Shown piece after piece: positions 20,458 through 29,303 of a stretch of DNA of 64,000 bases. The notes beneath the pieces were generated by a model. That model worked only from the letters and a program-made list of their open reading frames with translations. It had not been told where the DNA came from and ran no database searches. The translations under genes and the position numbers were made by a program. The DNA is from an uncultured Mycoplasmatota bacterium (GTDB taxonomy: Bacteria; Bacillota_I; Bacilli_A; RF39; UBA660). Where the stretch lies: contig CANPIX010000001.1 of NCBI GenBank assembly GCA_947574215.1, positions 15,201-79,200 of the forward strand. Reading direction: 5' to 3'. Position 1 is the first letter of the stretch. Each line of letters starts with the position of its first letter.

Positions 20458-21024
20458 TTAATCTTCAACTTTTTTATCAAAACGCTCTTTTAAAATAGCA
20501 AAAAGTTTTTCATTTTCTTCCGTAATAGGAACATAGTCTCTATCGTTATTTTCTAAAATCGATTGTAAATATTCATAATAAACGTATTTGATATCGGTTA
20601 GTTCTTCTATTTGAAGTTTCGCATGAGTAATGTCCACATTCCAAGGAAGTAAATAAACATCATCAAACACTTTTAAAGTTTGCTCATTATAAAGTTGTTC
20701 TCTTTTGATCGTAAATAAGTATTCTAAATTTTCTGGTTTTATATCTATATTTAATTCTTCTTTTAATTCTCGAATTCCAGATTCCAAACTGGTTTCATTG
20801 GCAAGGACATGTCCCGCTAAAGATAAAGCCCATAAATTTGGAAATGTCTTTTTATCAGGATTTCTTTTCTGCATTAAAAGTTCGTGTTTATCGTTAATAA
20901 TCCATATATGAACCGAACGATACCAGTACCCTTTTTCATAAATTTCTTGTTTTGTAGTGCATTTGCCTGTTTTTGTTCCATCTTCATTTAAAATATCTAT
21001 TTTTTCATCCATTACATCGCTCAT
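20458..21024 (-). CDS. NUDIX hydrolase
   Basis: Nudix box GHVLANETSLESGIRELKEELNI. Confidence 0.75.
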   Translation of the reverse strand: MSDVMDEKIDILNEDGTKTGKCTTKQEIYEKGYWYRSVHIWIINDKHELLMQKRNPDKKTFPNLWALSLAGHVLANETSLESGIRELKEELNIDIKPENLEYLFTIKREQLYNEQTLKVFDDVYLLPWNVDITHAKLQIEELTDIKYVYYEYLQSILENNDRDYVPITEENEKLFAILKERFDKKVED

Positions 21025-21109
21025 TTTTATTCACCAAAAATATAATAGCATAAAGTAAAGATTCTTTTTTGTAAATTTGCAATATATTGACATTTAGTAG
21101 TCAATATAT

Positions 21110-22309
21110 TTAAACGGCTATTTTTCTTTTTAGAAGCATCAAAATCAATAAGCTAAAAAAGAAAATGAAGATTCCTATTTTTATTTTCGTATATTTGTAT
21201 TTTATAGGATGCTCTAAAAATACAGGATAAGAATACAAAAATTGATCGTTCCAAGTTATTTCCACTTCTCCTAATTTATCCTTTTCTTTTACTTTAAAAC
21301 TTAAAAAATCCAACCCATTGAAATGATAATGAATGGTACTTTGATTTGGCAAATAATAATATATATCTTCTTTACTTTTAATATCGTAGTTCTTTTCATA
21401 ACTATCAATTATAGATAAAGTTTTAAGAGTTTTTGTTTTTTCTAAAATAGGTTGATAACTATAATTGTTAAAAAAGTAATTGTAAATTGCCAAACTATCC
21501 ACAATATGATTCGGAAAGCCATTTTCATATTTAGAGCCCGCAGTTATAAGCAAATATTTTACGCCATTAAATTCAGCGATACTGGATAAACAAAGCCCTG
21601 CTTTTTTTGTAAATCCTGATTTGGATCCTTTAATGTACTGAACATTCAAATTGTATTTTGAAGAAGGAAAAACCAAGGTACTTTCCAGTTCTAAATGATT
21701 GGAAGTCTTATAATTTCTTGTTGTGTATATTTCGTAAAATTCTGGATTTTCAAGTGCAAAAAGGAGTAGCTTTCCTAAATCAGAAAGTGTTGAATAATTC
21801 TCTTCTGCATCTTTCCCTACTGGATTTTCATAATGGGTATTTCCCATTTTTAAACTATTAGCTACTTCATTCATTTTCTCAACAAATGAAGAAAAGTCAC
21901 CATACGTTAAAATGGCAAGTGCTTGTGCGGCTTCTGCTCCACTTGGCAAAAGGGTTCCATAAAGTAAATCCTTATAAGTTACTTTATCGCCTTCCTGAAA
22001 TCCTGCTTCTGCATAACCATTAATTTGATAAAAAGCCTCTTTTGGAACTGTAACAACTTCATTTAAATTTTTTAATTTTTCTATCGCAACAAGTGCAGTC
22101 ATGATTTTGGTTAAACTGGCTATAGAAATTTTTTCATCACTGTTTTTTTCATACAAAACTTTATTATCATTTAAATTGTATAATAAAACATTCTTAGCTT
22201 GTATGTTTGGTATCTCAATCGCTTCTTCTAAATAAGAATAATCCGTTTTTGCAAAAGCCGAAGGAATTACGGCAAAAAAAAGGAAAAATACACTTATCCA
22301 ATATTTCAT
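21110..22309 (-). CDS. D-alanyl-D-alanine carboxypeptidase (serine-type, PBP5/DacA-like)
   Basis: Signal peptide. SxxK motif SIASLTK. C-terminal membrane anchor. Confidence 0.7.
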   Translation of the reverse strand: MKYWISVFFLFFAVIPSAFAKTDYSYLEEAIEIPNIQAKNVLLYNLNDNKVLYEKNSDEKISIASLTKIMTALVAIEKLKNLNEVVTVPKEAFYQINGYAEAGFQEGDKVTYKDLLYGTLLPSGAEAAQALAILTYGDFSSFVEKMNEVANSLKMGNTHYENPVGKDAEENYSTLSDLGKLLLFALENPEFYEIYTTRNYKTSNHLELESTLVFPSSKYNLNVQYIKGSKSGFTKKAGLCLSSIAEFNGVKYLLITAGSKYENGFPNHIVDSLAIYNYFFNNYSYQPILEKTKTLKTLSIIDSYEKNYDIKSKEDIYYYLPNQSTIHYHFNGLDFLSFKVKEKDKLGEVEITWNDQFLYSYPVFLEHPIKYKYTKIKIGIFIFFFSLLILMLLKRKIAV

Positions 22310-22503
22310 AAAATCAACCCACTTTATTTAAACAATTGTATCATATTTATCCTTTTTTTATAAAGAAGTATTTATAAAATTAAAAAGGAAATTTGTGATA
22401 ATTTTGAATTTACTAAATTTATTATATTTCAAATGCACTGTTATCTAAAAAAATGCAACTTATTCTACTACTAATTTTATATCATCCCTATATACATCCA
22501 AAT

Positions 22504-23250
22504 TTAATTTCCTTCTAAAAATAAATATTCTTGCATCTTCTCAGAATTTTCTAAAAATAATTTATATGTTTTGTAGATTTCGGTTTCTTTGTATTCCACT
22601 TTTTTAAAACCTTGATTTAAATCTAAAATTTCGCCTTCTCTATAAGAAATTAAAATAGGAGAATGAGTGGCAATTATAAACTGTGAGCCATTTTTGGCTA
22701 ACTCATCAATTAAACAAAGTAAAGCCATTTGCCTATTTGGTGATAGAGCAGATTCTGGCTCATCTAAAATATACAATCCATTTTTGAAAAAACGATTTTT
22801 TATTACTTTTAAGAAAGCCTCTCCATGGCTACATTCATGTAAGAAACCATCATAAACATTTAACAGCTCTGTAAAATGGTCTTCTTTAACTAAACGCTCC
22901 ATTTCAGTAGAAAAATTATAAAAAGATTCTGCTCTTAAAAAATATTTGGTTGTTGGAACACGTCCACTTTTATAAAGTGTTAAATATTTATAGAAAGAAG
23001 AATGGGTGTTTTTTGAGCAATACAAAAAATTTTTCGATCCGCTTTCACTACTTAATCCAAGTAATAGAGCGATTGCTTCTATAAAAGTTGACTTTCCTAC
23101 ACCATTTTCTCCAACAAAAAAGGTTACATTTTTAGATAATTTTAAATTGCTAAAATTTTTTACAAGTGGAATGGAGAAAGGATATTGATCAAAATCAGAA
23201 ACTTTTTCTCTATTAAAAACAATTTCTTTTATAAATAATTCATTTTTCAT
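22504..23250 (-). CDS. AAA/ABC-type ATPase (AAA_21-like, standalone)
   Basis: Walker A GENGVGKST. Walker B and D-loop LYILDEPESALS. H-loop ATHSP. Overlaps the upstream ttcA-like gene by 4 nt. Confidence 0.6.
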   Translation of the reverse strand: MKNELFIKEIVFNREKVSDFDQYPFSIPLVKNFSNLKLSKNVTFFVGENGVGKSTFIEAIALLLGLSSESGSKNFLYCSKNTHSSFYKYLTLYKSGRVPTTKYFLRAESFYNFSTEMERLVKEDHFTELLNVYDGFLHECSHGEAFLKVIKNRFFKNGLYILDEPESALSPNRQMALLCLIDELAKNGSQFIIATHSPILISYREGEILDLNQGFKKVEYKETEIYKTYKLFLENSEKMQEYLFLEGN

Positions 23251-24089
23251 TTTAGTCTACCATAATTATCTAAAAAAGTGTGTTTTTTACCATTTTTAGT
23301 GTAACCTAAAATACAATGCATGTTGATATTTCCAATACTTGTAAAAATATTTTCGTCAATGTCCTTTCCTTCTCTACGAAGTTCCTCAATTAATTTTTTC
23401 ATAGCTAGTCTTTTACTACTTTTTTCAATTTCGTTGGCATTTTTTTCTGTGAAACGGCAAGCACAATTTAAAAATTTTAGATGATTGTATTTTACCCATG
23501 CCATAATACTACTCTCTTTTATTAAATATAAAGGTCTTATTAATTCTAACCCTTCAAAATGATCACTATAAAGCTTTGGCATCATTGTTTTTATTTCTGC
23601 TCCATAAAACATGGATAATAAAGTCGTTTCAATAACATCATCAAAATGATGTCCCAGCGCAATTTTGTTACAGCCTAATTCTTCTGCTTTATTGTATAAG
23701 TGTCCCCTACGCATTCGGGCACATAAGTAGCAAGGATTTCCTGTTTCTATCGTATTCACTATTTCAAAGATATTGGTTTCAAACATTTCAATGGGAATAT
23801 TCAAATCTTTAGCATTTTTTAGAATTTGTTTTTTGTTCTCTTCATTGTAGCCAGGGTTCATAACAACAAATTTCACCTCAAAATGAATACGTCCATGACG
23901 CAAAATTTCTTGCATACATTTCGCAAGTAAAAAAGAATCTTTTCCGCCACTTATACACACCATGATTCTATCGTTTTCTTCAATCAACTGATAATCATTT
24001 ACTGCTTTAATAAACTTTGACCATATTTCTTTGCGATATGTTTTTATAATACTTCTTTCTACTTCTTTATAATGTTCCATTTTATTCAC
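23247..24089 (-). CDS. ttcA: tRNA 2-thiocytidine(32) synthetase TtcA-family PP-loop ATPase
   Basis: PP-loop CISGGKDS. Cys motifs CYLCARMRRG and CACR. Confidence 0.7.
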   Translation of the reverse strand: MNKMEHYKEVERSIIKTYRKEIWSKFIKAVNDYQLIEENDRIMVCISGGKDSFLLAKCMQEILRHGRIHFEVKFVVMNPGYNEENKKQILKNAKDLNIPIEMFETNIFEIVNTIETGNPCYLCARMRRGHLYNKAEELGCNKIALGHHFDDVIETTLLSMFYGAEIKTMMPKLYSDHFEGLELIRPLYLIKESSIMAWVKYNHLKFLNCACRFTEKNANEIEKSSKRLAMKKLIEELRREGKDIDENIFTSIGNINMHCILGYTKNGKKHTFLDNYGRLK

Positions 24090-24241
24090 TCCCCAAATTG
24101 TATTTGCTTGTTTCTTATTATACTTTATTTTATATATTTTTTCTTTATATTTTTATAAAAGAAAAGTTTTGAATACTTAAGCAATTGAAAAATAAGTTCA
24201 GACAATTTCATCTATAGCAAGTACGATTTTAGTTTACCAAA

Positions 24242-24279
24242 ATAAAAAAGAACTTCAAACCATTTGAAGTTCTTTTTCT
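24242..24279. terminator. rho-independent terminator after nrdDG
   Basis: gaacttcaaa-cca-tttgaagttc hairpin flanked by A-run and T-run. Confidence 0.6.
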
Positions 24280-24773
24280 TCTTGTTTCAAAAGAACAACT
24301 TTGTTATCTTTTAATGATTTAGAAACATCGATAACTCTTTGATTTTTAGAACCACAATATTTAAGCGTTGGATCACGGAGTTCCTCTTGATATCTACCGT
24401 CTACCAAAACATCGATATATTTTAAATTTTCTTCCTCATTTAAATCTTTATCAAAAAGATATCCAGACCAAACCCATATAGTTTTGTTTGGAAATTTTTC
24501 TTTAAAAGTTTTCGCAAGATGAAAAGTTCCTTTCCTATTTTTAGGGTGCATAGGTTCTCCTCCAAGTATCGATAAGCCAACAATATAATCTTTGTTTGCT
24601 AATTCTAAAACTTTTTTTATTGTGTTTTCTGTAAATTCTTGCCCACCAGTAAAATCATGAGTTTCAGGATTAAAACAATTTTTACAATTGAATACACAAC
24701 CTTGCATAAATATAGATACTCTTACTCCTGGACCATTCGAAATATCCATTTTCCTTATTTTATTATAATGCAT
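24255..24773 (-). CDS. nrdG: anaerobic ribonucleoside-triphosphate reductase activating protein (radical SAM)
   Basis: GPGVRVSIFMQGCVFNCKNCFNPET. Confidence 0.85.
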   Translation of the reverse strand: MHYNKIRKMDISNGPGVRVSIFMQGCVFNCKNCFNPETHDFTGGQEFTENTIKKVLELANKDYIVGLSILGGEPMHPKNRKGTFHLAKTFKEKFPNKTIWVWSGYLFDKDLNEEENLKYIDVLVDGRYQEELRDPTLKYCGSKNQRVIDVSKSLKDNKVVLLKQEEKELQMV

Positions 24774-24775
24774 TT

Positions 24776-26935
24776 TTATTCCTCAACGTCTTTGTTATCT
24801 ATATGAATGACTCTATCTTTAATTTCTTGTGTTCTTCCTTTGTTCCAAAAATTAGCCCCAATATATCCACAAGTACGTCTTGCAACATTTAGTTTGTTAT
24901 GATCTTTATTCCCACATTCTGGGCAATACCATTCTAAATTTTCATCGATTAAAATTTCTCCTGTATACCCACACTCATGGCAATAATCTGATTTTGTATT
25001 TAATTCCGCATACATAATGTTATCGTAAATAAACTTTATGACTTCCATAACGGCTTCTAAATTGTTGGTTAGATTTGGAGTTTCAATATAAGAAATGGCT
25101 CCCCCTGGACTTAAATTTTGAAATTCGCTTTCTAATTTTAATTTTGTAAAAGCATCAATTTCTTCAAAAACAGGAACATGATAGCTATTCGTAATATAGT
25201 CACGGTCAGTAATTCCTTTAATAACTCCAAAACGTTCTCTTAAAGCTTTGGCAAACTTATAAGTCGTGGATTCTATTGGAGTACCATAAACACTATAATC
25301 AATATCTTCTACTTCTTTCCATTTTTTACAGGCATCGTTTAAGTGTCTCATAACTTCAAGACCAAATTCTTTACCGCTTCCATTATCTGTGTGAGAGTTT
25401 CCTGTCATAAATTTAACGCATTCGTATAAACCTGCATAACCAAGAGAGATTGTAGAATAGCCATGATGTAATAAATCATGAATGGATTCCCCTTTTTGTA
25501 GTCTTGCTAGTGCTCCATGTTGCCATAAAATTGGAGCAACATCACTTGTGGCTTTGGACAATCTCTTGTGACGAATTTGTAAGGCACGATGACAAAGTTC
25601 AAGTCTTTCATCAAAAACTTGCCAAAAAACTTCTTTATCTTTATCACTAGTTAAAGCAATATCCACTAAATTAATGGTAACGACCCCTTGATTAAATCTG
25701 CCATAATATTTTGGTTTTCCTTCTTCATCCACATAAGGAGTTAAAAAACTTCTACAACCCATACATGGATAACAATTGCCATTGCCATTTTTATCAATTT
25801 TTAAATTCTTCATTACTTTTTCAGAAATATAATCAGGTACCATTCTTTTGGCTGTACATTCTGCTGCTAATTTTGTTAAATAGAAATATTTACTATCTTC
25901 ATGAATGTTGTCTTCTTCTAGCACATATAGAAGTTTTGGAAAAGCCGGTGTAACATATACCCCTTTTTCATTTTTCATCCCTTCTGTTCTTTGACGCAAC
26001 ACTTCTTCAATAATCATCGCAAGTTCTTCTTTGTATTCTTCGGTTTCTCCTAAATACATGCAAACACTTAAAAATGGAGCTTGACCATTTGTTGTCGTCA
26101 TTGAATTGATTTGATATTGAAAAGTTTGAACTCCATCTTTTACTTCTCGAATCAAATCCTCTTTTGCGTATTTTTCACATGTAACTTTGTCAAAATTACG
26201 TTTTTTATACTTTTCTAAATATTTTTTATAACTGCTTCTTACAAATGGAGCCAAATGAGTTAAAGTAATTGTACAGCCTCCGTATTGACTTGAATTGACA
26301 GCTGTAATTAATTGTGTAGCAATTGTCATAGCGGTTAGAAAACGATGTGGTTTTTCTATCATAACCCCATTGATATTGGTTCCATTTTGCAACATATCTT
26401 CTAAATTAATTAAATCACAGTTATGCAAAGCGTTTTGAGCAAAATAATCAGCATCATGAAAATGAATAATTCCTTCATCATGGGCACGTACAATATCTTC
26501 AGGAAGTAAAAAACGTCTTGTAATATCCGTACTTGTAATTCCTGCTAAATAGTCTCTTTGGGTCGTAACCACTTTTGCATTTTTATTCGAGTTTTCTGTA
26601 TTCCAATATTCATTTTCCCCATCAATAAGCTCTTTTATAGCTAAATCGGTTGTATTGCTTTTACGAACCAATTCTCTTGTGTAACGATACGTTATATAAC
26701 GTTTAGCTAATTCGTATTTTCCAATACTCATTAATTTTCTTTCAATAATGTCTTGAATGTCTTCAACAAGCATTCTTTTTTTACCAAGTCCTTCAATATA
26801 TTTAATAATATTTTTAATTTGGGTCCCGCTTGCTTGATCATCTTCTTCTACTTCTAAATTCGCTTTCATAATGGCATTTTCAATTTTTTCAGGACTATAT
26901 TCCACCATATGTCCATCTCTTTTTATAATTTTCAT
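24776..26935 (-). CDS. nrdD: anaerobic ribonucleoside-triphosphate reductase
   Basis: Glycyl-radical motif RTCGYIG. C-terminal Zn ribbon CHECG...CPECG. ATP-cone at the N-terminus. Confidence 0.9.
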   Translation of the reverse strand: MKIIKRDGHMVEYSPEKIENAIMKANLEVEEDDQASGTQIKNIIKYIEGLGKKRMLVEDIQDIIERKLMSIGKYELAKRYITYRYTRELVRKSNTTDLAIKELIDGENEYWNTENSNKNAKVVTTQRDYLAGITSTDITRRFLLPEDIVRAHDEGIIHFHDADYFAQNALHNCDLINLEDMLQNGTNINGVMIEKPHRFLTAMTIATQLITAVNSSQYGGCTITLTHLAPFVRSSYKKYLEKYKKRNFDKVTCEKYAKEDLIREVKDGVQTFQYQINSMTTTNGQAPFLSVCMYLGETEEYKEELAMIIEEVLRQRTEGMKNEKGVYVTPAFPKLLYVLEEDNIHEDSKYFYLTKLAAECTAKRMVPDYISEKVMKNLKIDKNGNGNCYPCMGCRSFLTPYVDEEGKPKYYGRFNQGVVTINLVDIALTSDKDKEVFWQVFDERLELCHRALQIRHKRLSKATSDVAPILWQHGALARLQKGESIHDLLHHGYSTISLGYAGLYECVKFMTGNSHTDNGSGKEFGLEVMRHLNDACKKWKEVEDIDYSVYGTPIESTTYKFAKALRERFGVIKGITDRDYITNSYHVPVFEEIDAFTKLKLESEFQNLSPGGAISYIETPNLTNNLEAVMEVIKFIYDNIMYAELNTKSDYCHECGYTGEILIDENLEWYCPECGNKDHNKLNVARRTCGYIGANFWNKGRTQEIKDRVIHIDNKDVEE

Positions 26936-26991
26936 AAACTACTCTACCTTCCTCTACACTGTCTTAAGTATAACATTTAAAAAAGCAAATG

Positions 26992-27011
26992 AATGTTGCA
27001 CTTGCAACATT
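26992..27011. promoter_or_regulatory. perfect 20-bp palindrome AATGTTGCA-CT-TGCAACATT (candidate operator)
   Basis: The reverse-complement symmetry is exact. It overlaps the -35 element of the Crp/Fnr-like gene promoter and lies in the nrdD divergent region. Confidence 0.5.
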
Positions 27012-27030
27012 TTGTACTTTTTACTATAAT
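27002..27030 (+). promoter_or_regulatory. sigmaA-type promoter (-35 TTGCAA, 17-nt spacer, -10 TATAAT)
   Basis: TTGCAA at 27002-27007 and TATAAT at 27025-27030. A downstream AGAGGTGA Shine-Dalgarno precedes a TTG start. Confidence 0.55.
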
Positions 27031-27048
27031 TTTTTTAGAGGTGATATT

Positions 27049-27714
27049 TTGACCCATCTTTTTGATAGCATAAATACTCGTAATCAAGAAAAATTATTAA
27101 AAATGTTAGAGACATACTCTTTACACTTTTCTAAAAATACCTCCATTTTTTCTACTTTTTCAAGTGAAAACGTTATCGGATATATAGCTCATGGATTTTT
27201 ACAAGTTATTAAAATGGATAAAAACGGAACAAAAACAATTATTGAAGAAATATATGAAAATGATATATTAAATACTGTTTTTTTCTCGATCGATAAAAAT
27301 GATTATGATGTTATTGCAAAAGAAGAAACAGAACTTCTTTTCATTGATTATGAAAGTATATTAACTCTTAAAGATACAAACAAAGATTTTTATATACAAT
27401 TTATTAAAAATCTTTTAAAAATAACAAATGAAAAAACAAAAGAAAAAAATGAACGAATTGAAATTTTAACTCAAAAAACCATTCGCAATAGACTTCTTCA
27501 ATATTTTACAATAATGTCAAACAAACATAGTTCTAAATTTATTTATTTACCTTTTAATTTCATTGATTTAGCTGATTATCTAGCGGTTGATCGTTGTGCA
27601 ATGTCAAGAGAACTTAAATATTTAAAAGAAGAAGGATTTATTGAAATTAAAGGGAAACGAATTACTCTTTTGTACGATAAATACAGTTCTTCTGATAAAT
27701 TAATTAATTTATGA
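27049..27714 (+). CDS. Crp/Fnr family transcriptional regulator (TTG start; the ATG at 26989 in the track lies upstream of the promoter)
   Basis: cNMP-binding-like N-domain. C-terminal HTH (DLADYLAVDRCAMSRELKYLKEEGFI). The promoter -10 sits inside the tracked ORF, so the TTG at 27049 with its Shine-Dalgarno is the likelier start. Confidence 0.7.
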   Translation: MTHLFDSINTRNQEKLLKMLETYSLHFSKNTSIFSTFSSENVIGYIAHGFLQVIKMDKNGTKTIIEEIYENDILNTVFFSIDKNDYDVIAKEETELLFIDYESILTLKDTNKDFYIQFIKNLLKITNEKTKEKNERIEILTQKTIRNRLLQYFTIMSNKHSSKFIYLPFNFIDLADYLAVDRCAMSRELKYLKEEGFIEIKGKRITLLYDKYSSSDKLINL

Positions 27715-27732
27715 TTACAGTTTTTTTCCATA

Positions 27733-27757
27733 ATAAAAAGCCTGCATAAGGCTTTAA
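27733..27757 (-). terminator. rho-independent terminator downstream of tRNA-Glu
   Basis: aaagcct-gcata-aggcttt hairpin followed by a T-run on the minus strand. Confidence 0.5.
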
Positions 27758-27767
27758 AATATATAAA

Positions 27768-27844
27768 TGGTAGCCTGTACGGGTTTCGAACCCGTGAATA
27801 CCACCTTGAGAGGGTGGCGTGTTAAGCCCCTTCACCAACAGGCC
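27768..27844 (-). tRNA. tRNA-Glu with anticodon CUC
   Basis: The reverse complement (GGCCTGTTGGTGAAGGGGCTTAACACGCCACCCTCTCAAGGTGGTATTCACGGGTTCGAAACCCGTACAGGCTACCA) closely resembles the Bacillus tRNA-Glu backbone. It has a 5-bp anticodon stem CCACC/GGTGG and loop CTCTCAA, which reads anticodon CTC. Confidence 0.7.
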
Positions 27845-27907
27845 AAATCTGTTATTTTGCAACAACATCTTTAGTCTATCATAAAAAATATGCTTTTACA
27901 ATCCTTT

Positions 27908-29203
27908 CTATTTCACTATAAAAGAACTAACAACGGGTCTTGTCATATGATCTCCGCTTCCATTTACAATATCATTAATGTAACAATATTCTTTTTTGCA
28001 GTGTGATTTCATTTCTTTTTCTGTAATATATTGCTGAGCTTTTTCTTTTGGCAAAACGATAACACTTGATGTACCCCCATCTAAGTTCGCTGCATTCACA
28101 GCACCATAATTGTATAAGATATTCATTAAATCTACTAATGTTGCTCCTGGATATTGGATCGTTCTTCCATCTAAAACTAACATTAAAACAATACCATCTT
28201 TTCTTTGGCCAATTGCTGTTCTAGGTGCGTATCCCCATCCTCCATTTCCACTAGTAATCGATTTTTTACCATTAACAATTAAAAACGGACGAAATGATAC
28301 GGCATCTCTTACTTCTTTTTTTAAAGCTTCTTCAGCATCTACTTTACCTAAAAAAAGTTTATGCTCTTTTGTAAAACCTATAACTCCTCCAAAAGAACCA
28401 TACTGAGCGTCCGATAAAATTTTACTATTTTGAATTAAAACGCCTTCGGGAATTCCACCCGTTCCTTTTTTGTTTTGATCTAAAAATCCTCCTCCATTAA
28501 TAGCAAGAAATGCTTTATTTTCTGATGCCATTTCTGTTACATATTGCCCTACCTCATTTAAATGCTTAGTTGTTGCAACGCTAATTCTAGATGGATCATA
28601 AACTATAGCCAAATACCCCTTATAATTCTTTTCAGAAATTGGAACAATTTTATAAGGATCTTTTAAATTTTCTAACGTAAATATTTCTTTTTCGTATTCA
28701 TTTTCATAAAATTCCTTATTAAAATTTTCACGTAAATGAATTAAATTTAAATCTATATCTTCTAAAAGTTCAATCAATTGATTTTCCTCTAAAACTTTTT
28801 CAATTTCTTCTTCACTATAAAACCATGTTGCTAAATATTTATGATTCATAGTAGCCATAGCAGATGGAACAAGCCAATTTCGAAACCATTTTATTGGACT
28901 ATATAGAAGAAGTAAAAAAGTACTACTTCCAATTATTTCTAAAGAAAGAAACAAAACGAAAAAAATTCTTTTTGATTTTGCTATTTGATTTTCTTTATTA
29001 CTCTTTTTTTTATTAATTGCTATTCCTAAATTTATGAAAAAATATAAAGTAGAAAATAAAAACACAAAACAAAGACTATAATGTATAGGTTTTGTTATAA
29101 GTTCATTACTATGAAAGCCTATCACACAAAACACAATACTTATTGGGAACAAAATACTTGCTATGGCAAAAGCAACTTTGTTTATTTTATTAGAATATTT
29201 CAT
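27908..29203 (-). CDS. membrane-anchored phosphodiester glycosidase family protein (DUF2233-like)
   Basis: N-terminal TM helices. INGGGF and NLDGGTSS motifs. Confidence 0.5.
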   Translation of the reverse strand: MKYSNKINKVAFAIASILFPISIVFCVIGFHSNELITKPIHYSLCFVFLFSTLYFFINLGIAINKKKSNKENQIAKSKRIFFVLFLSLEIIGSSTFLLLLYSPIKWFRNWLVPSAMATMNHKYLATWFYSEEEIEKVLEENQLIELLEDIDLNLIHLRENFNKEFYENEYEKEIFTLENLKDPYKIVPISEKNYKGYLAIVYDPSRISVATTKHLNEVGQYVTEMASENKAFLAINGGGFLDQNKKGTGGIPEGVLIQNSKILSDAQYGSFGGVIGFTKEHKLFLGKVDAEEALKKEVRDAVSFRPFLIVNGKKSITSGNGGWGYAPRTAIGQRKDGIVLMLVLDGRTIQYPGATLVDLMNILYNYGAVNAANLDGGTSSVIVLPKEKAQQYITEKEMKSHCKKEYCYINDIVNGSGDHMTRPVVSSFIVK

Positions 29204-29303
29204 TGGTATTCTCCTTTTTTTCTAAAAAATAAGTTTCTTCCTTTTTATAATAGCATACATTGACTTATTTTCAAATTTTTTAAAAGGCAATGACTACAAA
29301 TAT

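Noticed and set aside
27768-27844. tRNA that on first reading appeared to have anticodon UCA (selenocysteine / opal-suppressor / code-4 tRNA-Trp)
   Set aside because: Registering the perfect 5-bp anticodon stem CCACC/GGTGG puts CTC at positions 34-36 of the CTCTCAA loop. The tRNA is 77 nt with a 5-nt variable loop, so it is not Sec-like. Long ORFs are intact under the standard code.
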